From NCBI GenBank assembly GCA_043744555.1, contig JAYTUL010000042.1, positions 5,854 through 69,853 of the forward strand: a DNA stretch of 64,000 nucleotides, in the 5' to 3' direction. Position numbers and translations under genes: made by a program. The stretch is from a bacterium (GTDB taxonomy: Bacteria > Patescibacteriota > Minisyncoccia > Phycocordibacterales > UBA6899). The notes below the pieces were generated by a model. That model saw only the letters and a program-made list of their open reading frames with translations. It made no database searches and was not told where the DNA came from. Below are positions 29,536 through 39,831 of this stretch, in pieces (position 1 is the stretch's first letter; the number at the start of each line of letters is the position of its first letter).

Positions 29536-32118
29536 ATGGATCTCAATAAATACACAACCAAAGCAGCTGAAGCGATACAAAATGCAGTTACTCTCGCAGA
29601 AGCCAACAAACAGCAATCAATAGAACCCATGCATGTGCTTGCGGCACTGCTTAAGCCTGATAACGGTATTGTTCCTTCGCTTATCAAGCAATTAGACAAA
29701 GATGCGTCGACCCTCCTTACTACAGTCGAGGCAGAGTTACAAAAACTCCCGCGCGTGAGTGGCTCATCCGCACCATACTTAAGTGAGAGCATGAAGCAAG
29801 TATTCGCTCGAAGCGAGGCAGAAGCCAAAAAAATGAATGATCAGTACGTGAGTTCTGAGCATCTTTTTCTCGTACTCTTGGATGAGCCTGCGATCGGAAA
29901 ATTGCTCGGCATAACCAAACACGAAGCATTACGCGAACTCAAGACATTGCGTGGCGCGCAGCATGTCACCGACAAAGATCCTGAAAATAAATATCAGGTC
30001 CTTGAAAAATATACACAGGACTTCACTAAGCTTGCACGAGACGGAAGTATCGATCCGGTCATTGGCCGAGACGAAGAGACACGCAGGCTACTACAGATAC
30101 TTTCTCGTCGGACCAAGAATAACCCCGTGCTAATCGGTGAGCCAGGTGTGGGAAAGACTGCCATTGTGGAAGGCTTGGCAAAAAAAATAATTGACGGCGA
30201 TGTGCCGGAGTCACTTAAGGGCAAGAAGATACTTGCGCTTGATCTTGGTGCGATGCTTGCGGGAGCGAAGTATCGCGGTGAGTTTGAAGACCGCCTAAAG
30301 GCGCTCATTAAAGAAGTAGAGAATGCTGCGGGTGAGGTCATTCTTTTCATTGATGAGCTGCATACCATCATCGGCGCAGGCGGGGCTGAGGGGGCAGTTG
30401 ATGCAGGCAATCTACTTAAGCCCGCCTTGGCTCGCGGAAAACTGCGCACCATTGGAGCCACGACCATCAAAGAATATCGCGAACATATCGAAAAAGACCC
30501 TGCATTTGAAAGACGCTTCCAGCCTATAATGGTTGAAGAACCAACGCCCAAAGATGCAATAGCGATATTGCGCGGAATTAAAGAAAAATATGAGGTCCAC
30601 CATGGCGTGCGTATTACTGATGCTGCTGTTGTCGCTTCCGTCAATCTTTCGACGCGCTACATTGCTGATCGGTTCTTGCCGGACAAGGCCATCGACCTTA
30701 TTGATGAAGCAGCAGCAACGCTCCGTATCGCTATCGACTCTAAGCCTGAGGCAATCGACAGTCTTCATCGTGAAGTGCGCCGCCTCGAGATCGAACGCGA
30801 AGCCCTCAAAAAGGAAAAGGATGACGGCTCAAAGGAGCGACTTAAGGCACTTGAGAAAGAGCTCGCCGAACTCAAAGAGAAGAATCAAGATCTGGAATTG
30901 CGCTGGAAGCGGGAAAAAGAATTCATCGACGAACTCAAAGACAAGCAAGCAGAGATAGATACCCTGCGCGGTGAGGCAGTGCAGGCTGAGCGTCGTGGGG
31001 ACCTTTCGCGTGTAGCGGAGATCAACTATGGGGCGATTCCGTTTCTTGAAAAGAAGCTGCAGTCATCGCTTGAAAAAATGGCGAAGAGTTCCGACAAGTC
31101 GAACCGACGCATGCTCAAAGAAGAAGTTGATGAAGAAGACATCGCGCATATTGTCGCGCGCTGGACTGGAATCCCGGCCGATAAGATGCTCGCAGAAGAA
31201 TCAAAGAAGCTCGCCCATATGGAGAGTGAGCTTGGCAAGCGAATCATCGGGCAGAAAGAGGCGGTAAAGGCTGTGGCCAATGCCGTACGACGCTCGCGCG
31301 CAGGTATTCGTGATGAGCGTAAGCCAATAGGCTCATTTCTCTTTCTTGGTCCTACTGGTGTGGGGAAGACCGAGCTCGCAAAAGCGCTTGCTGAATTCAT
31401 GTTCGCCGATGAGCACATGATGGTACGACTTGATATGAGTGAGTACATGGAGAAACACACGGTCGCGCGTCTCATTGGTGCACCTCCAGGCTACATTGGC
31501 CATGATGAGGGTGGACAGCTCACCGAAGCAGTTCGCAGGCATCCCTACAGTGTCATCCTCCTTGATGAGATAGAGAAAGCGCACCGCGATGTGCTCAATG
31601 TACTGCTGCAGGTCATGGATGACGGCCGCCTAACGGATGCAAAGGGGCGCACGGTGAACTTTCGCAACTGTGTCATCATCATGACCTCCAACTTGGGCTC
31701 ATCTGAGATAGCGGAGCATGTGGGTGACTCGCAAGCACAGCGCACGGCAATCGAAACTGTGCTTAAGAGCACACTGCCGCCTGAATTCTTGAATCGCATC
31801 GACGCGACAATAATATTCCAGCCGCTTACTCGCGACGAAATAGCGCACATTGTCGGTCTTCAACTCAAGGCAGTGATTGAGCGACTAAAAGACAAACGCA
31901 TCACCATCGAAACCACGCCTGCGCTTGAGACATTTATTGCAGACCTTGGCTATGATCCTATTTTTGGTGCACGCCCCTTGAAGCGAGTGATAGGCGAGCA
32001 TGTGCTTGACCCACTTTCCATGGAAATAATCGAAGGCAGAATTCATGAGGGCGACATAGTAGTCATTGACGCAAAAGGTAAAGAGGTGCTGATAACCAAG
32101 AAGAAAAAGACAAAATAA
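29536..32118 (+). CDS. clpB: ATP-dependent chaperone ClpB
   Basis: Two AAA+ modules ([16 protein letters not shown]) with a coiled-coil M domain. Confidence 0.96.
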   Translation: MDLNKYTTKAAEAIQNAVTLAEANKQQSIEPMHVLAALLKPDNGIVPSLIKQLDKDASTLLTTVEAELQKLPRVSGSSAPYLSESMKQVFARSEAEAKKMNDQYVSSEHLFLVLLDEPAIGKLLGITKHEALRELKTLRGAQHVTDKDPENKYQVLEKYTQDFTKLARDGSIDPVIGRDEETRRLLQILSRRTKNNPVLIGEPGVGKTAIVEGLAKKIIDGDVPESLKGKKILALDLGAMLAGAKYRGEFEDRLKALIKEVENAAGEVILFIDELHTIIGAGGAEGAVDAGNLLKPALARGKLRTIGATTIKEYREHIEKDPAFERRFQPIMVEEPTPKDAIAILRGIKEKYEVHHGVRITDAAVVASVNLSTRYIADRFLPDKAIDLIDEAAATLRIAIDSKPEAIDSLHREVRRLEIEREALKKEKDDGSKERLKALEKELAELKEKNQDLELRWKREKEFIDELKDKQAEIDTLRGEAVQAERRGDLSRVAEINYGAIPFLEKKLQSSLEKMAKSSDKSNRRMLKEEVDEEDIAHIVARWTGIPADKMLAEESKKLAHMESELGKRIIGQKEAVKAVANAVRRSRAGIRDERKPIGSFLFLGPTGVGKTELAKALAEFMFADEHMMVRLDMSEYMEKHTVARLIGAPPGYIGHDEGGQLTEAVRRHPYSVILLDEIEKAHRDVLNVLLQVMDDGRLTDAKGRTVNFRNCVIIMTSNLGSSEIAEHVGDSQAQRTAIETVLKSTLPPEFLNRIDATIIFQPLTRDEIAHIVGLQLKAVIERLKDKRITIETTPALETFIADLGYDPIFGARPLKRVIGEHVLDPLSMEIIEGRIHEGDIVVIDAKGKEVLITKKKKTK

Positions 32119-32141
32119 TTTGTTTGGGTTAATATAATGAC

Positions 32142-32597
32142 ATGAACAAGTTGTCAAAGAAACAAGTCATACAGGTGGTAGTAGTCCTTGCTGTTATCGC
32201 TGGAATATTTATGATCGCTCACGAAGCAAAGGCACCATCCGAGACTACGACAGGTTCCATGAACGCAACAAATCTTCCAGAGATAGACCCCGCGTCGATA
32301 GGTAAGATCATCAAGGATCCATCGACAGGAAAAGAGTTCATGTCTAACCAGCTCATCGTTCTGTTTCAGCCATCAGTTTCTGAGCAAGAGTCACTTGCTA
32401 TTATCGCCGCAGCCGGCGGAAAGATGCTTCAGCGTTTTACTCAAGCACCACTTTTTCTCGTGCAGGTCACAGACGAAGGTGATGGGAATAATGCTCGCAA
32501 GGCGGTTACCACACTCAAAGCAAATGCAAGCGTCAAGAGCGTTGACCTAAACTATCTGACAACCATGCCAACACCCACCAAGACCGCGCCAAAGTAA
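32142..32597 (+). CDS. Membrane-anchored protein with a subtilisin-propeptide-like domain
   Basis: NQLIVLFQP...SVDLNY resembles S8 N-terminal prodomains; no protease domain. Confidence 0.55.
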   Translation: MNKLSKKQVIQVVVVLAVIAGIFMIAHEAKAPSETTTGSMNATNLPEIDPASIGKIIKDPSTGKEFMSNQLIVLFQPSVSEQESLAIIAAAGGKMLQRFTQAPLFLVQVTDEGDGNNARKAVTTLKANASVKSVDLNYLTTMPTPTKTAPK

Positions 32598-32653
32598 CGT
32601 TGATCAGTTCTCAATTGAGCAAAAAACATACAATGCTCAGACATGAGCGCTTT

Positions 32654-33946
32654 TTATTCTCTGAATGTGGATAAAATCTTATCTATCGGTAAATTTTGAA
32701 TACCGCCCATCCCTCTATATATTGCCACTTCCAACATTACTTTTTTATCGATTAACGGAATCAGATTGTATTCGAATCCTTCACCAGCATCTCCGATGAG
32801 AATTTTATAACCAGCAAGATTACTCTTTCCGATTTTGACTTTCACAAGAGTTGAAGTTGCACGAACTTGCCCATTATCCTGCCACCACTGTTCCTTGTTT
32901 GCATCATAGGAGAGCTCTATTCCACCAGACACGTCTGAAATTCTATAGGAATTTAGGTCATATATATTTACCTGAAGTAGTCCGACCATATTTTGAATGT
33001 CAGCGGCCCACGTCGAAAGTGCTTCTATGCTACCCTTGTACTTAATTTCATATCCACCCTGTGCTGCTTTTGTCACAAAAATACCTGCTTGATTACTTTT
33101 TGGTTGAGTTTTATATAAGTCACCAAAGTAATTCGGAAACATAAAATGGAAGCCATATCTGCTATCCGTGTATGTCTTCCATTTATCAACGTTACTATCT
33201 ATCGCATCTTTTCCTGCTGCGGTAATTTGACTAGGATTTGTTGTCGTTGCAGAGTTTACTTGTTTTAATTTACCCAGAGGACCTATCACACTTCCATCAT
33301 AATCACTGGAAGTAAAAATTTCATTTGTTGAAGAGTTCACGACGACATGAAAGCCTGGCGCAGTTACGAGATATGTTATTTGTTCTCCTTGCTCGGGATT
33401 TGTGTGTGGAAAAACTCGCGCTTCAAGAATTTCGTTTATTGTGGCTAGGTTTTGTGTGTTTAATTTGAATGGATTGTTTAAAGAAATATTTTCACAAATT
33501 GCTTTTGCCACTTCCCCATTTTTATTTGAAACTATTGTCCATTCTCCCGCTGGTGGTGCATATGGCCCCATCTTGAAAGTTTTCGGCAGCAAGTTTTTAG
33601 TTACCAGATCCGCCACTCGCTGCATAACATCAACCCCATTTATTTTCACTTGTTTCACACGATATGTCTTCCCGCAGAAATTCACATCTTTTAGCGCGTT
33701 ATCTATAAACAAATGTTCATCAATCTGTCCTACTTGAGTTGTACTTGTAGGATTTGCTGGTTGAGGCTCTCGCACAAAAGGCGTACCATCAGGAGTAAAT
33801 TTCGAGCAATCGACTTTTGAAGGATCGCAGCTTGGTGGATACATCTTCACACTAAGTAGAGATTCTTGCATGAAAAAATATGCACAATAAGACAGGATTG
33901 CCAAAACAATAACAATGAGAGCTAGTATCTGATTTTTCTGACTCAT
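32654..33946 (-). CDS. Membrane-anchored hypothetical protein with a PsbP-like C-terminal domain
   Basis: N-terminal TM; WKTYTDSRYGFHFMFP motif; visibly more AT-rich than its neighbours. Confidence 0.7.
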   Translation of the reverse strand: MSQKNQILALIVIVLAILSYCAYFFMQESLLSVKMYPPSCDPSKVDCSKFTPDGTPFVREPQPANPTSTTQVGQIDEHLFIDNALKDVNFCGKTYRVKQVKINGVDVMQRVADLVTKNLLPKTFKMGPYAPPAGEWTIVSNKNGEVAKAICENISLNNPFKLNTQNLATINEILEARVFPHTNPEQGEQITYLVTAPGFHVVVNSSTNEIFTSSDYDGSVIGPLGKLKQVNSATTTNPSQITAAGKDAIDSNVDKWKTYTDSRYGFHFMFPNYFGDLYKTQPKSNQAGIFVTKAAQGGYEIKYKGSIEALSTWAADIQNMVGLLQVNIYDLNSYRISDVSGGIELSYDANKEQWWQDNGQVRATSTLVKVKIGKSNLAGYKILIGDAGEGFEYNLIPLIDKKVMLEVAIYRGMGGIQNLPIDKILSTFRE

Positions 33947-34220
33947 AACGAGACTATATCACGACGAGCGAATCATTTATAAGACTGACAAATATCCACC
34001 TCTGAAGCTGGAAAATATACAAATCTGAATATTCTAAGCCCATGAAGGGTTCTCTTGGGTCACCACATTTAAAATCAAAGTAAAAATAAGGAGTTTTAAG
34101 GCCGAGTGTCCTATAAGGTGGGTGAATTTAGTCACTATTCTATTACTCATAGAGTCACATGGTGGATATGTGTCAATCTGACCAAGAAATACATGCATGG
34201 TAAAATACGAGCGCTTCCTT

Positions 34221-35708
34221 ATGCTAAATAAACGCGCAATAATAAAATATCTTAATGGTAAGACTGCTCTCGTCATGGGGCTGGGGCTCCACGGCGGTGG
34301 CGTCGCAACCGCTTCGTGGCTTGTGCGCCATGGCGCCAAGGTGACCGTCACCGACAAGCGCGACAAGCAGCTGCTCGAGTCATCTGTACGCGCACTCAAG
34401 GGAATGCCTGTTCGCTATAAACTAGGGTGGCATGACAAGCGCGATTTTACTACCCACGATATCGTCGTGGTGAATCCCGGTGTGCCGCAACAAAATGAGT
34501 ATCTCGCCTTGGCCGAAAAAGCCTCAAAGTCAAAAATGATCAGAATAGAAAATGATGCGAGTCTTTTTTTTAGTCACAGTGATGCAGCTGTTATCGGCGT
34601 GACAGGGACAAGAGGGAAGACTACCACCACACTTTGGATAGCAGAGCTTTTGAAGTCGAAGTATAAAGCGGTTCGACCATCTGGCAATACGGGAGAGAAT
34701 GCATTACTCAAAGAATTCGACCGTGTGCAAGGAAAGGATATTCCGGTCGTTGCCGAGCTTTCATCATGGCAATTGGAATATCTGCCGGAAAGCAAGCGTG
34801 CTCCTCATGTAGCAGTCATCACTAATCTTTATCCGGATCACTTGAATCGTTACACCGGCATTCGTGCATATGCGAGCGCAAAAGCGAATATTTTTCTCCA
34901 CCAGCACGAGGATGATTTTCTGGTCTTGAATTACGACAATGAATGGACACCGTTTTTCCTCAAGAAGAAACCCAAAGGAATAGTCTTTTTCATTAGCACG
35001 AAGCCATTGCCGAGGAGTATGAACGGTCTTTTTGTTAGGAAAGATAAACTCGTCTTTCGCTTCGACGGAATGGAGCAGCCGTTATTCCCTGCAAAACGCT
35101 TCATTCGCGAACGTGGGGAGCACAATTTTCTGAACTTGCTTGCCGCTGTACTTGCGGTGAAACTTTTTGACCCGACCGTGCGCGTAAGCGAAAAGAGTGT
35201 GCTCGCGTTACCAACTCCACGCATGCGGCAGGAGGTTGTCTATCAAGAAAAAGAACTGACAGTCATCAACGATAGTTGCGCGACATCACCCGATGGCACC
35301 ATTGCTGCCATCAAGCGGTTCGCAGACCAAAAGAATCAACGCGTGATACTCATATGCGGCGGTACCGACAAAGAGCTTGAGTTCGGAGAACTTGGGGCGG
35401 TCATCAAGACGCACATCTTACCCGAAAACATCCTACTACTTAATGGTTCCGCGACCACGAAGCTTGTGGGAGAGCTTCATGCTCTCAACTACGACAAGAA
35501 GTATCCACTTGTCGCTTACGATGAACTTTCACTTTGCGTCAAAATGGCCATGGTCGAAGTAAAGAATCAAAAACAAAAAACCACGATCCTGTTCTCCCCA
35601 GGAGCTGCGAGTTTCGAGAAATTTCTGCATGAATTCGACCGTGGTAAAAAATTCAACATATTAATTAAAAAAGCGACCCACATTGGTGGATCGCATGCAA
35701 AACAATAG
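34221..35708 (+). CDS. murD: UDP-N-acetylmuramoyl-L-alanine--D-glutamate ligase
   Basis: MGLGLHGGG, GVTGTRGKTTT, ELSSWQL, NLYPDHLNRY, NDSCAT, SPGAASF. Confidence 0.93.
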   Translation: MLNKRAIIKYLNGKTALVMGLGLHGGGVATASWLVRHGAKVTVTDKRDKQLLESSVRALKGMPVRYKLGWHDKRDFTTHDIVVVNPGVPQQNEYLALAEKASKSKMIRIENDASLFFSHSDAAVIGVTGTRGKTTTTLWIAELLKSKYKAVRPSGNTGENALLKEFDRVQGKDIPVVAELSSWQLEYLPESKRAPHVAVITNLYPDHLNRYTGIRAYASAKANIFLHQHEDDFLVLNYDNEWTPFFLKKKPKGIVFFISTKPLPRSMNGLFVRKDKLVFRFDGMEQPLFPAKRFIRERGEHNFLNLLAAVLAVKLFDPTVRVSEKSVLALPTPRMRQEVVYQEKELTVINDSCATSPDGTIAAIKRFADQKNQRVILICGGTDKELEFGELGAVIKTHILPENILLLNGSATTKLVGELHALNYDKKYPLVAYDELSLCVKMAMVEVKNQKQKTTILFSPGAASFEKFLHEFDRGKKFNILIKKATHIGGSHAKQ

Positions 35709-35945
35709 TTAAGCGTATTTGGGCACGTGTGTGCGTCCCAAATAGATAACTCCCAGACGATGGAGCTCAGTCTTAATCTGCGACTCAGTACAAAATTCCC
35801 CTCGTGTATGGTAGAAACAATTTCTCAGACTACTCTAGTCTATAATTCCGCTCGACTTCAAACTGCTCTGCAACGTTAGGGTATTTGCTGTGTTATAAAT
35901 AATGAATGAGTATAGCTATTTTTTACGCTAATTTACTACAGATAT

Positions 35946-37739
35946 ATGTGCGGAATATTTGGATATATCGGAGCAAAAGATGTCGACAGTGCTCTTATTG
36001 CGCATTTAGCACTTATTGACCTCGAATATCGCGGATACGATTCGTGGGGAATTGCCGCACTCACTAATAGCGGTATTTTTATGAAAAAAGCAGTCGGAAA
36101 GATCTCCGACGCAAACAAGGCAGACCTGAAAGGCATCACCGGCCGCGCGGTCGTCGGGCATTCGCGTTGGGCAACGCACGGAGGAGTGTCGGAACTCAAT
36201 TCACATCCGCATTTTAATATTGATAAAACTATCGCCGTCGTCCACAATGGCATCGTTGAGAATCATCTCGAACTCCGCGCATTTCTTACGGTGCATACCG
36301 GTATTCCGCACGATAAACTTTTTGTTTCAGAAACTGACACGGAAGTCATACCGCACTTGATCGACTACCACATGAAACAAGGAATGAACTTCGAACGAGC
36401 ATTCGTTGCCGCTGGGAAGATGCTCGAAGGCCGTTTCGCAATTGTGGTCATGAAAAAAGATGAGTCACACATCATGGCGATGCGCGACGGCTCACCGCTG
36501 GTGCTTGGCGAAGGAAAAGATGGGTATTATCTTGCATCCGACGTGCCTGCATTTCTGGATCACACTCGCATCGTCTGCTATCCGGGGGATCGTGAGTACA
36601 TCAAAGTTTCCGCAGACAACATCATTCTCCGTGATCTCTTAGACGACAAGAAGGTCGACCCTAAGTGGACCGAGGTAACATGGGACAAGACGAGCGCCAC
36701 TAAAGAAGGTTACCCGCACTACATGTTGAAGGAGATCCTCGAGCAGCCGCTCGCACTCGACAAAGCTATACGTCAAGAAGATGCGAAGCTAAATGAAGTC
36801 GTAAAATTAATGAAAGAATCCATAAACCTGTTTTTCATTGGCTGTGGTACTGCTGCCAAGATGGCAAAACTCGGTGAGCTATATATGGCAAAGATAGGCG
36901 GAAGACTTGCGACCGCGTTTGTCGGTTCTGAATTCAAGACCTATGAACAATTTTTGGATAAAAAAAGTCTTTTGTTCGCAGTATCGCAAAGCGGTGAGAC
37001 GGCCGACGTGCTCGAAGCCCTGACCGTCGGCGAAAAGAAAGGCTCCAAGATCCTCTCGCTATTAAATGTTGTTGGCTCCTCTATGGACCGCATGTCGAAG
37101 CAGTCACTTTTTATAAACACTGGTCCTGAAATTGCTGTGGCGTCGACCAAGGCTGCGACAGCGCAGATCGCTGTCCTTATACTTCTTGCCTACGCTTTCG
37201 GAGGTAAGCTTGCAGAGGGCAAGCATCTGATGCGAGGCGTCGTAAAAGATCTGAAGCATTGGCTTACTCCCGATCTGTCGCACGAGATAAAGAAAGTTGC
37301 TGAGCGTCTGCGACATACTAATGACCTGTATATTATCGGCCGCGGCTTAAACGCCCCCGTCGCCCACGAAGCCGCCATCAAGATTCAAGAGGTTTCGTAC
37401 ATTCACGCAGAAGGTTTCCCTGGGGGAGAACTCAAGCACGGTCCTATCGCACTTATTCAAAAGGGCACACCGGTCATTTCCCTCATGCCAAATGATGAGA
37501 CCAAGCGCGATATGGAGTCAAATACCACAGAGCTCAAAAGCCGCGGTGCGTACATCATCGGCATCGCACCAGAGTCCAGCAAGCTTTTTGATGAATGGAT
37601 ACAGGTGCCTGACTTAGGCATCGCATCACCAATCGCAAGCATCATCCCCATACAACTCTTGGCGTACCATCTCGCAGTGTTTCGCGGTAACGACCCTGAC
37701 AAGCCAAGGAATCTCGCAAAATCAGTAACGGTCAAATAA
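35946..37739 (+). CDS. glmS: Glutamine--fructose-6-phosphate transaminase
   Basis: MCGIFG, LEYRGYDS, GHSRWATHG, SQSGETAD, PRNLAKSVTV. Confidence 0.97.
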   Translation: MCGIFGYIGAKDVDSALIAHLALIDLEYRGYDSWGIAALTNSGIFMKKAVGKISDANKADLKGITGRAVVGHSRWATHGGVSELNSHPHFNIDKTIAVVHNGIVENHLELRAFLTVHTGIPHDKLFVSETDTEVIPHLIDYHMKQGMNFERAFVAAGKMLEGRFAIVVMKKDESHIMAMRDGSPLVLGEGKDGYYLASDVPAFLDHTRIVCYPGDREYIKVSADNIILRDLLDDKKVDPKWTEVTWDKTSATKEGYPHYMLKEILEQPLALDKAIRQEDAKLNEVVKLMKESINLFFIGCGTAAKMAKLGELYMAKIGGRLATAFVGSEFKTYEQFLDKKSLLFAVSQSGETADVLEALTVGEKKGSKILSLLNVVGSSMDRMSKQSLFINTGPEIAVASTKAATAQIAVLILLAYAFGGKLAEGKHLMRGVVKDLKHWLTPDLSHEIKKVAERLRHTNDLYIIGRGLNAPVAHEAAIKIQEVSYIHAEGFPGGELKHGPIALIQKGTPVISLMPNDETKRDMESNTTELKSRGAYIIGIAPESSKLFDEWIQVPDLGIASPIASIIPIQLLAYHLAVFRGNDPDKPRNLAKSVTVK

Positions 37740-37848
37740 AAAGCCGCACACTTCTGACTTGTGTCACAAATGGACGTGACCGTATGTTATAGTAGGTACA
37801 AATAGGTGAGTACTTTATGCTCATATTTAATAACGAATACACCATTCT

Positions 37849-38697
37849 ATGACAACAGAAAATAATGATGAGGTGAGGGCATTGCGCATCGTTCCTCCTA
37901 AGGCAGCGGTTGTTGCAGTTTCGATACTCGCTATTTCGGGAGCATTACTACTGCTTGCGCTCTTTGTGAATACACTAAAGGAAAGCAAGTATATCGGTCG
38001 CGACATCAACTCACAGACGACAATTACCGTGACAGGTGACGGCGATGCTTATGAAGCTCCGAACATGGCGACGGTTTCTTTTTCGATCTCACAAGATGCA
38101 AAGAATTCTACCGACGCGAGAAAAACAGTGGATGAGAAAATGCAGAAGATTCATAACTTTCTTACCCAGTCAGGAGTTGCAGAAAAAGATATCAAAAATA
38201 CTGCTTATGATCTTTATCCTAAATATGATTACCTACGCTCGGCAACACTTTGCATACAGAACTTAACCGGAGGTCAAAACTACTGCCCGCCTGAAGGTAA
38301 ACAGGTACTTTCGGGGTACACGGTGACACAGTCTGTTGATATAAAGATCCGCAAGCTTGATGATGCAGGAAAGATTCTCGGCGGGCTTACTGATAATGGG
38401 GCTTCAAATGTGAGCGGACTGACCTTTGTTGTTGAGAACCAAGATGCGGTCATCTCCAAAGCACGTAAGGCGGCTATAACGAAAGCTGAAGTGAAAGCGA
38501 GCCAGCTTGCGAGCGATCTTGGAGTGACGCTTGTGCGCATCGTTTCGTTCAATGAAGGCAATAATTACCCTGTCTATAATTTTGCAAGAGAGGGAATGGC
38601 AAAAGCCATGAGTGCTGATGGTGCTTCAACTCCGAACATTCCAGCAGGTGAGAATAAGTATGTTTCCAACGTGACCATCGTCTACGAAATCAAGTAA
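37849..38697 (+). CDS. SIMPL/DUF541 domain protein
   Basis: TITVTGDG, GYTVTQSVDIKIR, ARKAAITKA, LGVTLVRIVSFNE. Confidence 0.9.
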   Translation: MTTENNDEVRALRIVPPKAAVVAVSILAISGALLLLALFVNTLKESKYIGRDINSQTTITVTGDGDAYEAPNMATVSFSISQDAKNSTDARKTVDEKMQKIHNFLTQSGVAEKDIKNTAYDLYPKYDYLRSATLCIQNLTGGQNYCPPEGKQVLSGYTVTQSVDIKIRKLDDAGKILGGLTDNGASNVSGLTFVVENQDAVISKARKAAITKAEVKASQLASDLGVTLVRIVSFNEGNNYPVYNFAREGMAKAMSADGASTPNIPAGENKYVSNVTIVYEIK

Positions 38698-38704
38698 ATC
38701 AAAA

Positions 38705-38910
38705 AAATTGGTGCCTGACACCACAAAGAGTACTTCCAATTTCATCTCCCCATGGTCGTGAAATTTAGGTCGCTTGTTTTTTCATCCGGAAGTCGAAGTC
38801 ACCATAGTAGCGACCTAATTTCTACGATTCTTTGAAAGTGTAAGTACTCGTGTGGTGACTACGTCTCGTGGACATTCCGTCTGTCCAAAACTTCATCATT
38901 CATCCAATTT
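38705..38910 (+). repeat. Long nested palindromic element (copy D)
   Basis: CACCAC..GAGTACTT / AAGTACTC..GTGGTG and TCGTGAAATTTAGGTCGCT / AGCGACCTAATTTCTACGA stems; 3' CTGTCCAAAACTTC core. Confidence 0.7.
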
Positions 38911-38940
38911 ATTCTGCAACATAAAACCTCGTACTCTCTG

Positions 38941-39079
38941 CGGGAGTGCAGTCGCAGTCTGCATACATGCTTTGGGAGCAAACTCGGCAGCGTCTTCGCT
39001 GACGCTCCCTTTATGAAAGAACTCCGCACTCCGTGCGGGGTATCTTTTTTTCATGAAGTGAGTCTGCCCAAGATGGGTC
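38941..39079 (+). pseudogene. tRNA-Pro(TGG)-like relic with a 93-nt structured insertion in the anticodon stem
   Basis: Removing 38981-39073 restores CATGC-TTTGGGA-GCATG-GGTC. The D arm is degenerate and no T arm or acceptor 3' strand is visible. Confidence 0.5.
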
Positions 39080-39300
39080 AGGCAAGAGCAAGGTAGATAA
39101 AACTTGCTCTAGGAAACTAGGAATAATGCTCGTTCCTACATTTCTCATTCCTTATACCATCTCCCCATAAAGATATATTTTTCCATAACTTTACTAGGTC
39201 CTTTTCCTCTTAATACCCCTTGGCTCTGCCATGGGGATTTCCGTTAAAGAAGGATTTGGGAAACCTTGGTTTCCAAGATAATTTTGAGCGGAGATCCTGG

Positions 39301-39359
39301 GATACCCCGCCGATGCGGAGCGGAGCGAGCAAGGGCACAGCTTGCCGCGGGGAGGTTCA
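39301..39359 (-). repeat. Interrupted GC-rich hairpin resembling IS200/IS605-type ends or REP-like elements
   Basis: TGAACCTCCCCGCGGCAAGCTG[28 nt]CGGGGTATC on the minus strand. Confidence 0.4.
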
Positions 39360-39440
39360 TTTGAGCATATTTAAAAACTCAAAATATTTCAATTTTTAAA
39401 AGATATGAAATACCTGAAAACGTGCTCAGGCTACTGCACC

Positions 39441-39468
39441 TTGACTAAAGCCAAGAAAGGCATATACT
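39441..39468 (+). promoter_or_regulatory. Sigma70-type promoter upstream of secE
   Basis: TTGACT-16 bp-TATACT. Confidence 0.6.
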
Positions 39469-39609
39469 TTAACTAATTGAATAAACGCCCTCGGGCGTTT
39501 TTTCTTAGGGGAAACGCCGAGGTGGCGACCTGATCCTCCGAGTCACATCTCTCGAGGAAACTGCTCTTTCGCGCGACAGGTATCTATCGTTATTATATTT
39601 TTCATTTTT

Positions 39610-39789
39610 ATGTCTACACTCATTAATTATCTTCGTGACGTGCGTGCTGAGCTCCGCCATGTGAGCTGGCCAACACGATCGCAAGCTATAAACTACACGA
39701 TCATCGTGCTTGTCATTTCGGTCGCAACCGGCCTATTTCTCGGTCTTCTCGACTTCACCTTCAGTATGGTGCTCAAGCGCTTCATCTAA
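39610..39789 (+). CDS. secE: Preprotein translocase subunit SecE (59 aa)
   Basis: Not in the ORF track. MSTLINYLRDVRAELRHVSWPTRSQAINYTIIVLVISVATGLFLGLLDFTFSMVLKRFI, directly upstream of nusG. Confidence 0.95.
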   Translation: MSTLINYLRDVRAELRHVSWPTRSQAINYTIIVLVISVATGLFLGLLDFTFSMVLKRFI

Positions 39790-39831
39790 AGCACGACACT
39801 CCTCGGACTTAATAAAAATAACTATCAACTT

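Noticed and set aside
35710-35945. glmS ribozyme upstream of glmS
   Set aside because: AGCG, a hairpin and GACGA are present, but the conserved AGCGCC, GACGAGG and TTATCGA core elements are not. The TATTTGGG/CCCAAATA hairpin is more simply a murD 3' structure.
38700-39609. Intact tRNA (for example tRNA-Trp) or SRP RNA before secE
   Set aside because: No GTTCGA-type T arm with a matching acceptor stem and no SRP core motif found; only the tRNA-Pro-like relic.
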